DNA of 64,000 nucleotides from contig DASRZN010000196.1 in the NCBI GenBank assembly GCA_035686325.1, positions 2,006-66,005 on the forward strand, in the 5' to 3' direction. Below are positions 9,200 through 20,928 of this stretch, piece by piece; position 1 is the stretch's first letter, and each line of letters opens with the position of its first letter. This DNA comes from Lysobacteraceae bacterium. Lineage in GTDB: Bacteria; Pseudomonadota; Gammaproteobacteria; Xanthomonadales; Xanthomonadaceae. The notes beneath the pieces are model-generated. The model worked only from the letters and a program-made list of their open reading frames with translations, was not told where the DNA came from and made no database searches. A program made the translations under genes and the position numbers.

Positions 9200-10714
9200 T
9201 CAGCCCGGCCGCATCGAGCCGGTCTCGACGAAGCGCTGGTGCCAGGACAGCGCCTCGCCGAGCAGGTGCGGGCTGTGCCGGCCGAAGCCGTCGCGGCAGG
9301 CGCGGTCGAAGTAGTCCCGCAGCAGCGGCCGGTAGTCCGGATGCGCGCAGCAGTCGATGATGCGCCGCGCGCGCTGCCGGGGCGACAGCCCGCGCAGGTC
9401 GGCGAGGCCCTGGTCGGTGACCAGCACCATCACGTCGTGCTCGGTGTGGTCCACGTGGCTGGCCATCGGCACGATCGACGACACCGCGCCGTCCTTGGCC
9501 ACGCTCGGCGACATGAACACCGACAGGTAGCCGTTGCGCGCGAAGTCGCCGCTGCCGCCGATGCCGTTCATGATCCGGCTGCCGGCGATGTGGGTGGAAT
9601 TGACGTGGCCGTACAGGTCGGCCTCGATCATGCCGTTCATCGCGATGCAGCCCAGCCGCCGGATCAGCTCCGGATGGTTGGAGATCTCCTGCGGGCGCAG
9701 CAGGATCCGCTCGCGGTAGAAGTCCACGTGCCGGTTGAACTCGGCGATGCCGTCCGGGCTGAGCGAGAACGAGGTCGCCGACGCCATCCGCAGCACGCCG
9801 GCGCGCAGCAGCTGCAGCATGCCGTCCTGGATCACCTCGGTGTAGGCGGTGAGCCCGCGGTAGCCGCCCTCGGCGAGCCCCGCCAGCACCGCGTTGGCGA
9901 TGTTGCCCACGCCCGACTGCAACGGCAGCAGGCGCGGGGTCAGCCGTCCACGCCGGATCTCGTGGCCGAGGAAGTCGAGCAGGTGGCCGGCGATCCGCCG
10001 CGAGGCTTCGTCCGGCGGCGCGAACGGCGAATTGCGGTCGGGGGCGTCGGTTTCCACCACCGCGACGACCTTGGCCGGATCCACGCGCAGGAACGGCTCG
10101 CCGATGCGGTCGTCGGGATGCAGCAGGGGAATGGGCTTGCGGTCCGGCGGCAGCGCGGTGCCGTAGTAGATGTCGTGCATCCCGGCGAGCCCTTCCGGCT
10201 GCCAGCGATTGACCTCGAGGATCACCCGGTCGGCAAGTTCCAGCCAGGTCTTGTTGTTGCCCACCGAGGACGACGGCACCAGCGTGCCGTCCGCGTTGAT
10301 GCCGGCCACTTCCACCAGCGCGACGTCGATCTCTCCGAAGAAGCCGAACCAGGCGTGCTGGGCCACGTGGCTGAGGTGGATGTCGATGTAGTCGAGCTGG
10401 CCGGCGTTGATCCGCGCGCGCACCTCGGGGTCGGACTGGTACGGCAGGCGCAACTCCATCCCGTGCACGCGGGCGAGCGCGCCATCCAGTTCCGGCGCGG
10501 TGGAGGCGCCGGTGAGCACGCGCACCCGGAACGCCTCGCCGGCGGCATGCGCCTGTTCCATGCGCGCTGCCAGCGCCTGCGGCACCGCCTTGGGGTAACC
10601 GGCGCCAGTGAAGCCGCTCATGGCGACGGTGTCGCCGGGCCGGATCAGGGCGGCGGCGGCGGTCGCGTCGAGGCGGCGGGCGGCGAGCTGTGGATGGCGG
10701 ATGCGGTCGTTCAT
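9200..10714 (-). CDS. Acetyl-CoA hydrolase/transferase family enzyme (succinate/acetate CoA-transferase, AarC/ScpC-like)
   Basis: 504 aa from MNDRIRHPQL. Family motifs are present: SGFTGAGYPKAVP, TGASTAPELDG, SSVGNN and EHDVMVLVTDQGLADLRGLSPRQRA. Confidence 0.85.
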   Translation of the reverse strand: MNDRIRHPQLAARRLDATAAAALIRPGDTVAMSGFTGAGYPKAVPQALAARMEQAHAAGEAFRVRVLTGASTAPELDGALARVHGMELRLPYQSDPEVRARINAGQLDYIDIHLSHVAQHAWFGFFGEIDVALVEVAGINADGTLVPSSSVGNNKTWLELADRVILEVNRWQPEGLAGMHDIYYGTALPPDRKPIPLLHPDDRIGEPFLRVDPAKVVAVVETDAPDRNSPFAPPDEASRRIAGHLLDFLGHEIRRGRLTPRLLPLQSGVGNIANAVLAGLAEGGYRGLTAYTEVIQDGMLQLLRAGVLRMASATSFSLSPDGIAEFNRHVDFYRERILLRPQEISNHPELIRRLGCIAMNGMIEADLYGHVNSTHIAGSRIMNGIGGSGDFARNGYLSVFMSPSVAKDGAVSSIVPMASHVDHTEHDVMVLVTDQGLADLRGLSPRQRARRIIDCCAHPDYRPLLRDYFDRACRDGFGRHSPHLLGEALSWHQRFVETGSMRPG

Positions 10715-10838
10715 GGCGGCGGGGCGGCGGCGGTGGCCGAGATCGCAGTCTAGGCCGGCCGGCGCGGGCCCCCGCGCGAACGCCGCGCAACGCTGCATTC
10801 CACCCGGCCGGACGCGCCCCGGTTGCTAGAATTCCGTG

Positions 10839-11645
10839 ATGCAGTTGATCGACATCGGCGCCAATCTCACCCACGACAGCTTCGACCACGACCGCGCCGC
10901 GGTGCTGCAGCGCGCGCGCGAGGCGGGCGTCGCGTGGATGGTGGTGACCGGCGCCAGCCGCGAGCATTCGCCGAAGGCGCTGGCGCTGGCCCAGGCGCAT
11001 CCCGGCGAGCTCTTCGCCACCGCCGGCGTGCATCCGCACCACGCCAGCGAGTACACCGCCGAGTGCGACGCGGAACTGCGCGCGTTGCTCGCCCACGACG
11101 AAGTCGTCGCGGTCGGCGAATGCGGCCTCGACTACTTCCGCGATTTCTCGCCGCGGCCGGCGCAGCGCAAGGCGTTCGCGCGCCAGCTGGAGATCGCCGC
11201 CGACCTCGCCGCCGCCGGGAACCCGAAGCCGTTGTTCCTGCACCAGCGCGACGCGCACGCGGACTTCGTCGCGGTGATGCGCGAGTTCGAGGGGCGGATC
11301 GGGCAGGCGGTGGTGCACTGCTTCACCGGCAGCCGCGAGGAGCTGTTCGACTACCTCGACCGCGACTGGCACGTCGGCATCACCGGCTGGCTGTGCGACG
11401 AGCGCCGCGGCGCGCACCTGCGCGAGCTGGTGCGGCACATCCCCGCGCACCGGCTGATGATCGAGACCGACGCGCCCTACCTGCTGCCGCGCACGGTGCG
11501 CCCGCAGCCCGCGCACCGGCGCAACGAGCCGATGTACCTCGCCCACATCGTCGGCGAGCTGGCACGCGACCGCGGCGAAGAGGTCGCGGCCACCGCCGCC
11601 GCGACCACCGCGACGGCGAGCGCGTTCTTCCGCCTGCCGGGCTGA
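10839..11645 (+). CDS. tatD: TatD-family metal-dependent DNase/hydrolase
   Basis: Starts MQLIDIGANLTHDSF (cf. E. coli MFDIGVNLTS) and contains GECGLDY and HCFTG motifs. The track ORF starts one codon earlier, at a GTG at 10836. Confidence 0.9.
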   Translation: MQLIDIGANLTHDSFDHDRAAVLQRAREAGVAWMVVTGASREHSPKALALAQAHPGELFATAGVHPHHASEYTAECDAELRALLAHDEVVAVGECGLDYFRDFSPRPAQRKAFARQLEIAADLAAAGNPKPLFLHQRDAHADFVAVMREFEGRIGQAVVHCFTGSREELFDYLDRDWHVGITGWLCDERRGAHLRELVRHIPAHRLMIETDAPYLLPRTVRPQPAHRRNEPMYLAHIVGELARDRGEEVAATAAATTATASAFFRLPG

Positions 11646-11649
11646 CGCG

Positions 11650-12192
11650 CTACATCGCGATGTCGCCGCAGCCGTCGCGCGGCGCCTGGCCCTCGACGTC
11701 CACCTGCACCTTCCACGCATGCGCGCCGGCCTCGTCGATGCAGGCCTCGCGCTGCAGGTGCACGCGCATCGGCGCGTCGCCCTGCGGCCCGTGCAGGGCG
11801 CCGTGCAGGTCGAACGGGCCGCCCTCGTCGACCCCGGGCACCGGCCGGTAGCCGAGCGCGCCGGTCATCCGCACGCCGCCCTGGGTCAGCACGACGTCGT
11901 GGCGGAGGTCGCCGACCGACTGGATCTCGATCCGCCAGTGCGGGTCGCCGCCGTGGAACGCCGGCACCGGGCTGATCGCGGCGGCGTCCGCGTCCGCCTC
12001 GGCGGCCGCGACCTCCAGCGCCGACTCCGCCGCCGTCGCGTCCGGGTCCGCCAGGCCGAGGATCTGCTGGGTCCCGTCCGGCGCGTAGCCGGCCGGACGG
12101 CCGTCCGGGCCGCAACCGGTGCACAGCGCCAGCGCGCACAGGGCCGCGGCGCGGCGGAGGAGGTGGCGTTGCGATGGGCGGCTGGTCGGCAT
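11650..12192 (-). CDS. Lipoprotein of unknown function
   Basis: Last 180 aa of track ORF 11650..12648. Contains the signal and lipobox AALCALALCTGC, and has high GC3. Confidence 0.65.
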   Translation of the reverse strand: MPTSRPSQRHLLRRAAALCALALCTGCGPDGRPAGYAPDGTQQILGLADPDATAAESALEVAAAEADADAAAISPVPAFHGGDPHWRIEIQSVGDLRHDVVLTQGGVRMTGALGYRPVPGVDEGGPFDLHGALHGPQGDAPMRVHLQREACIDEAGAHAWKVQVDVEGQAPRDGCGDIAM

Positions 12193-12263
12193 GTCCGTGC
12201 GTTCCCGGCGAGCGCGCGCAGTGTCGGCGTGGGGGCGCGAAGGCCGCGCGAGGCCGCCGGCCC

Positions 12264-13061
12264 TCAGCTGCGCAGGCCGACCCCGCGCCGCAGCAGCCAC
12301 AGGGCGAACGCGGCCAGCACCACCACGAACGCGAGCATCAGCGCGTAGGCGATCGACAGGCGCACGTCGGTGATGCCGAGCAAGCCGTAACGGAACGCGT
12401 TGACCATGTAGAAGATCGGGTTGAGGTGGGTCGCCGCCTCCGCCCAGCCGGGCAGCAGCCGCACCGAATAGAACACGCCGCCGAGGTAGGTCAGCGGGGT
12501 CAGGATGAAGGTCGGCACGATCGCCACGTCGTCGAACTTCTTCGCGTACACGGCGTTGACGAAGCCGGCGAGGGCGAAGATCGTCGCGCCCAGCAGCACC
12601 GTGCTCAGCGTCACCAGCGGATGCGGGATGCGCACCGGCGTGAAGCACATCGCGATCAGCAGCACGATCACGCCGACCATCAGCCCGCGCAGCACCGCGC
12701 CGGCGACGTAGCCGGCCAGCACCACCCAGTGCGGCATCGGGCTGACCAGCAGCTCCTCGACGTGGCGGCCGAACTTGGCGCCGAAGAACGACGAGGAGAT
12801 GTTGCCGTAGCTGTTCTGGATGATGCTCATCATCACCAGGCCGGGGACGATGAAGTCCATGTAGCGGATGCCGTCCATCTTCCCGACCCGCGAGCCGATC
12901 AGGCCGCCGAAGATCAGGAAGTACAGGGTCATCGTGATCGCCGGCGGGATCAGGGTCTGGGTCCAGATGCGCAGGATGCGCTGCACCTCGCGGCGCGCGA
13001 TGGTGCCGAGCGCGACCAGGTTGCGGCCGGCCACGCTGCGTTCGGCGACCGGGACGTCCAT
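12264..13061 (-). CDS. yadH: ABC-2 type transporter permease YadH
   Basis: 265 aa, near-colinear by eye with E. coli YadH (IWTQTLIPPAITMTLYFLIFG, SSFFGAKF, THLNPIFYMVNAFRYG, C-terminal RGVGLRS). Confidence 0.9.
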   Translation of the reverse strand: MDVPVAERSVAGRNLVALGTIARREVQRILRIWTQTLIPPAITMTLYFLIFGGLIGSRVGKMDGIRYMDFIVPGLVMMSIIQNSYGNISSSFFGAKFGRHVEELLVSPMPHWVVLAGYVAGAVLRGLMVGVIVLLIAMCFTPVRIPHPLVTLSTVLLGATIFALAGFVNAVYAKKFDDVAIVPTFILTPLTYLGGVFYSVRLLPGWAEAATHLNPIFYMVNAFRYGLLGITDVRLSIAYALMLAFVVVLAAFALWLLRRGVGLRS

Positions 13062-13075
13062 GCGGCGCGGCGCGT

Positions 13076-14047
<972 letters not shown>

Positions 14048-14187
14048 GGACGCACCTGTGCCGCGGCCGGCGCGGCGAAGCCGGTAGTATAGGAGCCCCC
14101 ACCGCGGCGCCCCGGGGACACTGCGTCCCGCCACCGGGCCTGTCGCGCGCCCGCCGCGCCGCGCTTCCCCGACTGCGATCTTCATCC

Positions 14188-14955
14188 TTGGCCATCGTCC
14201 ACTTCCCGCTCAAGCTGGTTTCGCGCCGCATGCTGGCGCCGACCGTCGCCCACCTCGCCTTCGTCCGCGACGACGGACAGCCGCTGGACTTCATCCCCGG
14301 CCAGTTCCTGCAGGTGCACTTCCAGTACGCGGACGGCACCGCGACCAAGCGCTCGTATTCGCTGGCGACCATCCACGAACGCGCGCTCGGGCCCGGCGAA
14401 CTGGTCGAGATCGCGGTCAGCTACGTCGCCGGCGGCGCCGCGACCGCGCTGTTCGAGAACCTGCCGATCGGCGGCCACGTGGACGCCAGCGGCCCGTACG
14501 GCCGCTTCTGCCTGATGCCGGGCGACGCCAACCGCCGCTACCTGCTGATCGGCACCGGCACCGGCGTCACCCCGTACCGGGCGATGCTGCCGCAACTGGA
14601 ACAGCTGATCGCGACCCGCGGCATCGAGGTGGTGTTGCTGCAGGGCGCGCGCGCGCCGAATGAACTGCTGTACGGCGACGAGTTCCGCGCCTTCGCCGAC
14701 AAACACCCCGGCAACGTGCGCTTCGTGCCCTGCCTGTCGCGCGAACTGCCCGGCGCCGGTTCGGCGCACGCGCACGCCGACGTGCGCCACGGCTACGTGC
14801 AGCAGTTCCTGCCGGAGTTCGCGCCCGCCGCGGACGGCGACATCGCCTACCTGTGCGGCAACCCGAACATGGTGGATGCGAGCTTCGAGGCGCTGAAGGA
14901 ACACGGCCTGGCGGTCGCCCAGATCCGGCGCGAGAAGTACATCAGCAACAAGTAG
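14188..14955 (+). CDS. Ferredoxin-NADP(+) reductase-like FAD/NAD(P)-binding oxidoreductase
   Basis: 255 aa with RSYS FAD motif (KRSYSLA), GTGVTPYRAM NAD(P) motif and C-terminal ...KYISNK. TTG start. Divergent from yadG. Confidence 0.8.
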   Translation: MAIVHFPLKLVSRRMLAPTVAHLAFVRDDGQPLDFIPGQFLQVHFQYADGTATKRSYSLATIHERALGPGELVEIAVSYVAGGAATALFENLPIGGHVDASGPYGRFCLMPGDANRRYLLIGTGTGVTPYRAMLPQLEQLIATRGIEVVLLQGARAPNELLYGDEFRAFADKHPGNVRFVPCLSRELPGAGSAHAHADVRHGYVQQFLPEFAPAADGDIAYLCGNPNMVDASFEALKEHGLAVAQIRREKYISNK

Positions 14956-15062
14956 CGGCTCGCGTGTACGCGAGCCGGCGCGCACTGGCCGCCACCGCGC
15001 CGCGTGCCGCCGGCCGCGATTCCTGCGCATACTCGGCGCGTCCTCCCGCCGCCGCCCGTCCC

Positions 15063-16340
15063 ATGCGCGACGCCTCGCCCCGCCGCATCCTGTTCGCCAG
15101 CCTGATCGGCACCACGATCGAGTTCTTCGATTTCTACATCTACGCGACCGCGGCGGTGCTGGTGTTCCCCGCGCTGTTCTTCCCGGCGCACGAGCCGACC
15201 GCGGCCACCCTGCAGTCGCTGGCGACCTTCGCGCTGGCGTTCTTCGCGCGGCCGCTGGGTTCGGCGTTGTTCGGCCACTTCGGCGACCGCATCGGCCGCA
15301 AGGCAACCCTGGTCGCGGCGCTGTTGACGATGGGTATCTCCACCGTGGTCATCGGCCTGCTGCCGACCCATGCGCAGATCGGCGTCGCGGCGCCGGCGCT
15401 GCTGGCGCTGTGCCGGATCGGCCAGGGCCTGGGCCTGGGCGGCGAGTGGGGCGGCGCGGTGCTGCTGGCGACCGAGCACGCGCCGCCGGGCAAGCGCGCC
15501 TGGTACGGGATGTTCCCGCAGCTGGGCGCGCCGATCGGCTTCCTGTGCGCGACGGGGGTGTTCCTGCTGCTGGCGCACTTCCTCGACGACGCGCAGTTCC
15601 TGGCCTGGGGCTGGCGCGTGCCGTTCATCGCCAGCGCGGTGCTGGTGCTGCTCGGCTTGTGGGTGCGGCTGCGGATCTCCGAAACGCCGCAGTTCCGCGA
15701 CGCGCTGGCGCGCGGAGAGCGCGAGCGCCTGCCGATGCTGGCGGTGCTGGCGCGGCACCCGCGCGCACTGCTGGTGGGCATGCTGTCGTTGCTGGCGACC
15801 TTCGTGCTGTTCTACCTGATGACGGTATTCGCGCTGAGCTGGGGCACCTCGGCGCTGGGCTACGGCCGCGAGCAGTTCCTGCTGCTGCAGATGCTGGGCG
15901 TGCTGTGCTTCGCCGCGACCATCCCCCTGTCGGCGGTCTACGCCGACCGCGTCGGCCGGCGCCGGGCGATGCTGGCGGCGACCGCCGGGATCCTCGCCTT
16001 CGGCCTGCTGTTCGAACCGCTGTTCGCCGCCGGCAACGCCTGGCAGGTGTTGCTGTTCCTGGCGCTCGGCCTCGGCCTGATGGGCTTCACCTACGGTCCC
16101 TGCGGCACGCTGCTGGCCGGCATGTTCCCGACGCCGGTGCGCTATACCGGCGCCTCGCTGGCCTTCAACCTCGCCGGCATCCTCGGCGCCTCGCCCGCGC
16201 CCTACCTCGCGACCCGGCTCGCGGCCGGCCACGGCATCGGCGCGGTCGGCGGTTACCTGGCGGTGATGGCGGCGCTGACCCTGCTCGCGTTGCTGGCGGT
16301 GCGACCCGACGGCGTGCCGGGGGGTGTCAAGGGCACTTGA
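15063..16340 (+). CDS. MFS transporter, metabolite:H+ symporter (MHS) family
   Basis: 425 aa from MRDASPRRILFASLIGTTIEFFDFYIY. Contains GHFGDRIGRK and the LGGEWGGAVL motif typical of ShiA/KgtP/ProP-like carriers. Confidence 0.85.
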   Translation: MRDASPRRILFASLIGTTIEFFDFYIYATAAVLVFPALFFPAHEPTAATLQSLATFALAFFARPLGSALFGHFGDRIGRKATLVAALLTMGISTVVIGLLPTHAQIGVAAPALLALCRIGQGLGLGGEWGGAVLLATEHAPPGKRAWYGMFPQLGAPIGFLCATGVFLLLAHFLDDAQFLAWGWRVPFIASAVLVLLGLWVRLRISETPQFRDALARGERERLPMLAVLARHPRALLVGMLSLLATFVLFYLMTVFALSWGTSALGYGREQFLLLQMLGVLCFAATIPLSAVYADRVGRRRAMLAATAGILAFGLLFEPLFAAGNAWQVLLFLALGLGLMGFTYGPCGTLLAGMFPTPVRYTGASLAFNLAGILGASPAPYLATRLAAGHGIGAVGGYLAVMAALTLLALLAVRPDGVPGGVKGT

Positions 16341-16389
16341 CAGCACGCGGCGCGCGCGGCTATCGTGCCTGTCAAGTTCATTTGACAGG
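16325..16389 (+). promoter_or_regulatory. Candidate promoter with two TGTCAA/TTGACA palindromic operators upstream of the membrane-protein/XRE operon
   Basis: IR1 is tgtcaag-ggca-cttgaca (16325..16342). IR2 is cctgtcaa-gttcat-ttgacagg (16368..16389). Both have perfect arms. TTGACA at 16337..16342 plus an 18-nt spacer plus TATCGT at 16361..16366 forms a sigma70-like promoter. Confidence 0.5.
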
Positions 16390-16398
16390 CCTCCGCGC

Positions 16399-16977
16399 AT
16401 GTCGCGCACCGCCCGCCGCTACCTCATCGCCGGCCTGCTGGTCCTGGCCGCGCCAATGGTCCTGGACCGGTTCTGGCCCGACCTGCTGGCGGACTTCGCG
16501 CGCGGGCTGGTCTACGGCGTCGCGCTCGGCCTGCTGCTGGGTGCCCTGGTCAAGGCCCGCGCGACCGAGGCCTGCGACAGCTCGACCCCGGCCCTGCGCC
16601 GGCGCTACCTGCGCGAGTTCCTGCCGCCGATGACGGCCTACGTGGTCGCGGTGCTGGTCTCGATGACCTGGCTGCGCCACGTCGAGACGCCGGCCCTGCG
16701 CGCGCTGGTCGCGCTGCTGCCGGTGCCGGCGATCGCGCTGGCGATGCGCGCGATCGTCCGCCACATTCGCGACACCGACGAAATGCAACGCCGGATCGAG
16801 CTGGAAGCGGTGAGCATCGCCACCGCGCTGGTCTCGCTGGTCTACCTGAGCGCGGGCTTCCTGCAGTCGGCCAAGGTCATCGACATCCCGTCGGCTGTCG
16901 CGATGATCTGGGTGTTTCCGCTGGTCATCGTGGTCTACGCCATCGCCAAGCTGGCGATCGCGCGGCGCTACCGCTGA
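16399..16977 (+). CDS. Integral membrane protein of unknown function (partner of a small XRE regulator)
   Basis: 192 aa from MSRTARRYLIAGLLVLAAP, with 5-6 hydrophobic helices. Its stop overlaps the ATG of the next gene (TGATG). There is no clear SD, and an alternative ATG lies at 16324. Confidence 0.65.
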   Translation: MSRTARRYLIAGLLVLAAPMVLDRFWPDLLADFARGLVYGVALGLLLGALVKARATEACDSSTPALRRRYLREFLPPMTAYVVAVLVSMTWLRHVETPALRALVALLPVPAIALAMRAIVRHIRDTDEMQRRIELEAVSIATALVSLVYLSAGFLQSAKVIDIPSAVAMIWVFPLVIVVYAIAKLAIARRYR

Positions 16978-17174
16978 TGGAAAGCCGCGTGCGCGAACTG
17001 CGCGAGGCGCGCGGCTGGTCGCAGGGCGAGCTGGCCGAGCACCTGGCCGTCTCGCGCCAGACCGTGAACGCCATCGAGACCGGCAAGTACGACCCGAGCC
17101 TGCCGCTCGCCTTCCGCATCGCGCGGCTGTTCCGGCAGCCGATCGAAGCGATCTTCCTTCCGGACCAGGCCTGA
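16977..17174 (+). CDS. Small XRE/Cro-C1 family HTH transcriptional regulator (YozG-like)
   Basis: 65 aa (RVRELREARGWSQGELAEHLAVSRQTVNAIETGKYDPSLPLAFRIARLF), a canonical HTH_3 pattern. Confidence 0.9.
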   Translation: MESRVRELREARGWSQGELAEHLAVSRQTVNAIETGKYDPSLPLAFRIARLFRQPIEAIFLPDQA

Positions 17175-17184
17175 GGAGCGCCCC

Positions 17185-17409
17185 ATGCACGAGCAGGATC
17201 CACACGACCTCGACGAACGCGGCGATGCCCGCCGGCTGGCCGCGACCGGCCTCTCCTTCCTCGGTTGCGGCCTGGCCTTCCTGGTGGTGGGCGGCGTCAT
17301 CCACCTGCCGGCGATGGCCGCGGTCGGCGTAGCGCTGATGGTGCTGGGCAGCGCCTTCCTCGTCCGCGCGCGCAATGCAGGCAACGGCCGCGCCGGCTCG
17401 CACGACTGA
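17185..17409 (+). CDS. Small two-TM membrane protein
   Basis: 74 aa with two hydrophobic helices. SD gaggag lies 5 nt upstream of the ATG, and the gene starts 10 nt after the XRE gene. Confidence 0.55.
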   Translation: MHEQDPHDLDERGDARRLAATGLSFLGCGLAFLVVGGVIHLPAMAAVGVALMVLGSAFLVRARNAGNGRAGSHD

Positions 17410-17430
17410 ACTCGACTCGCGGAGAACCCG

Positions 17431-18987
17431 ATGTCCCGCAAGACCCGCACCATCGTGACCCTGCTGCTGGTCGCCGGCCTGTTCGGCTGGCGCAGCCTGC
17501 GCGACCACGCCAGGCCCGACGCCCAAGCCGGCGACGCGCCCACCGCCGCCACGCAGCAGACCGCCGCGCCCGTGCGCACGCTCGGCCGAATCGCGTTCCG
17601 GCCGTGCACGCTGACCGCCCCGGTCGGCGCCGGGGCCGCCGGCGTCGAGGCGCAGTGCGGTTCGCTCAGCGTACCCGAAGACCCCGCGCGGCCGCAGGGC
17701 CGCAAGATCGCGCTCAACATCGCCTGGCTGCCTGCGGCCCTGGACGGGCCGAACGAACCGGACCCGGTGTTCATGCTCGCCGGCGGCCCCGGCCAGTCCG
17801 CCACCGAGACCTATCCGCAGGTCGCGCCGGCCTTCGCCGAGATCCGCAAGCACCGCAGCGTGGTCCTGGTCGACCAGCGCGGCACCGGCGGCAGCAATCG
17901 CCTTGTCTGCAAGGACGACGAAGACGGCAGGGACGCCGCCACTCCCGACAATGCCGCGGCCGCGCGCGAGGCGGCGGAGCGCTGCCGCGACGCGCTGCAG
18001 GCGAAGGCCGATCTGCGCTTCTACACGACCACCGACGCGATCCGCGACCTCGACGCGGTGCGCGCGGCGATCGGCGCCGCGCAGGTCAACCTGGTCGGCA
18101 TCTCCTACGGCACCCGCGTCGCCCAGCAGTACGCGCGCCGCTACCCGGCCCACACCCGCGCGCTGGTGCTCGACTCGGTCGCGCCGAACACGCTGTACTT
18201 CGGCAACGACTTCGCCCGCAACCTCGACGACGCGCTCGACCTGCAGTTCGGCCAGTGCGCGCAGGTGCCGGCCTGCGCGAAGGCGCTGGGCGATCCGCGC
18301 TCGCGCCTGGACGCGCTGTTGGCCAGGCTGCGCAGCGATCCGCCGACCGTGCGCTACCGCGACGCCAGCACCGGCGAGGCGAAGCAGGACGTGCTCAAGC
18401 CCGAAGCGGTCGCCGGCCTGGTGCGCATGTTCGCCTACATCCCGGCCGCGGCGTCGGTGCTGCCGCTGCAGATCAAGGAGGCCGCGGAAGGCCGCTACGA
18501 GACGCTGATGGCGATGGCGCAGATGCTGGGCGGCGCGATGTCCGACTCCATGGCGATGGGCATGCAGCTGTCGGTGGTGTGCAGCGAGGACGCCGCCGGC
18601 ATCCACACCGACGACGGCGACGACGGCACCCTGCTCGGCACCCAGCTCACCGACTTCCTCGGCGCGCAGTGCGCGGTGTGGCCCAAGGGCGCGATGCCGG
18701 CCGACTTCCACCAGCCGCTGCGCAGCGACGTGCCGGCACTGGTGCTGGCAGGCGAGTTCGACCCGGTGACCCCGCCGCGCTACGGCGAGGAAGTCGTCGC
18801 CACTCTGCCCAACGCGCGCCTGTTCGTGCTCGAGGGCCAGGGCCACAACGTGATCGGCGCCGGCTGCATGCCGAAGCTGGTCGCGCAGTTCCTCGACACC
18901 CGCGATGCGAAGGCGCTGGACGGCAAGTGCCTGGACACGCTCACCGCCACGCCGCCGTTCACCAGCTTCGGCGGCTGGGAACCGTGA
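17431..18987 (+). CDS. Alpha/beta hydrolase, S33 tripeptidyl/prolyl aminopeptidase-like (TAP C-terminal domain type), membrane-anchored or secreted
   Basis: 518 aa with an N-terminal hydrophobic anchor, nucleophile elbow GISYG, and HNV near the C-terminus (EGQGHNV). Confidence 0.8.
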   Translation: MSRKTRTIVTLLLVAGLFGWRSLRDHARPDAQAGDAPTAATQQTAAPVRTLGRIAFRPCTLTAPVGAGAAGVEAQCGSLSVPEDPARPQGRKIALNIAWLPAALDGPNEPDPVFMLAGGPGQSATETYPQVAPAFAEIRKHRSVVLVDQRGTGGSNRLVCKDDEDGRDAATPDNAAAAREAAERCRDALQAKADLRFYTTTDAIRDLDAVRAAIGAAQVNLVGISYGTRVAQQYARRYPAHTRALVLDSVAPNTLYFGNDFARNLDDALDLQFGQCAQVPACAKALGDPRSRLDALLARLRSDPPTVRYRDASTGEAKQDVLKPEAVAGLVRMFAYIPAAASVLPLQIKEAAEGRYETLMAMAQMLGGAMSDSMAMGMQLSVVCSEDAAGIHTDDGDDGTLLGTQLTDFLGAQCAVWPKGAMPADFHQPLRSDVPALVLAGEFDPVTPPRYGEEVVATLPNARLFVLEGQGHNVIGAGCMPKLVAQFLDTRDAKALDGKCLDTLTATPPFTSFGGWEP

Positions 18988-19006
18988 GCTCCGACGAGAC
19001 CCGACC

Positions 19007-19758
<752 letters not shown>

Positions 19759-19762
<4 letters not shown>

Positions 19763-20928
19763 AGGCGCTGCTGACGGTGTGGATGAAGGAACTGCGGGAG
19801 CTGGTGCGCGACCGGCGCACCCTGCTGCTGGCGCTGCTGATGGGTCCGGTGCTGGCGCCCGCGCTGATCATCGGGCTCGGCACGATGGCGCAGCAGCGGG
19901 TCAAGAGCCAGATCGAGAAGCCGCTGGAAGTGGTGATCGTCGGCGCCGAGCGCGCGCCCAACCTGGTCGCCTGGCTCGGCGGCCAGGGCATCACCCGCAA
20001 GGACTTCAAGGGCGACCCGGACGCGGCGATCCGCAGCCAGGCGGAGGACGTCTACCTGCGCATCGAAGCCGATTACGCGAAGCACTGGCGCGAAGGCGTG
20101 CCGGCGCTGGTCGAGATCGTGCACGACTCGACCCGCGACGCCTCGCGGATCCCGGTCCGGCGGGTGGAAGCCGCGCTCGACGGCTACCGCCAGCAGGTCG
20201 GCGCGCTGCGCCTGCTCGCGCGCGGGATCAGCCCCGCGGTGGCGATGCCGGTGACGACCTCGCACAAGGACCTGTCCACGCCTGAAGCGCGCAAGGGCAT
20301 GGCGATGGCGTTCCTGCCCTACCTGTTGATCCTCAGCGCGTTCCTCGGCGGCGCGCACATCGTCATCGACACCACCGCCGGCGAGCGCGAGCGGCAGTCG
20401 CTGGAGCCGCTGCTGGCCACGCCCGCGTCGCGCGGGGCGATCGTCAGCGGCAAGATCGCGGCGGCCTGCGCGGTCGGCGTGGCGGCGCTGCTGCTGACCC
20501 TGCTCGCGTTCAAGCTCGGCGCGCAGCTGGCGCCGGACATCGGCCGGCAGATGGACGTCAGCGTGTCGGCGATCGCGAAGATGCTGGTGGTGCTGCTGCC
20601 GATGGTGTTCATCGGCGGCTGCCTGCTGACCGTCATCGCCGCCGGCGCGAAGTCGGTCAAGGAAGCGCAGAGTTACATGGCGGTGCTGATGCTGCTGCCG
20701 ATGATCCCGACCATCGCGCTGATGGTGAGCCCGGTGAAGGACGCGCTGTGGATGTTCACCGTGCCGTTCCTGGCGCAGAACCAGATGCTGCTGAAGGTGA
20801 TCCGCAGCGAGGGCATCGACCTGCAGACCTGGGCGGTTTACCTGGGCGCGGGCTTCGGCCTGGCCGCGCTGCTGTGGTTCGCCGCGACCCGCCGCTACCG
20901 GCAGGAGAAGCTGGCGGTCTCGGCCTGA
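19759..20928 (+). CDS. natB: ABC-2 transporter permease, NatB-like
   Basis: 389 aa from MKALLTVWMKELRELVRDRRTL. A large periplasmic loop is followed by 5 TM segments. The ATG overlaps the natA stop (ATGA). Confidence 0.8.

Noticed and set aside
7917-11720. 1267-aa minus-strand ORF, the second longest in the track
   Set aside because: It is Arg/Ala/Gly/Pro-rich nonsense running antisense or out of frame across the CoA-transferase and tatD genes, a typical high-GC shadow. Only its last 204 codons (7917..8531) encode a recognisable protein, the DUF938 methyltransferase.
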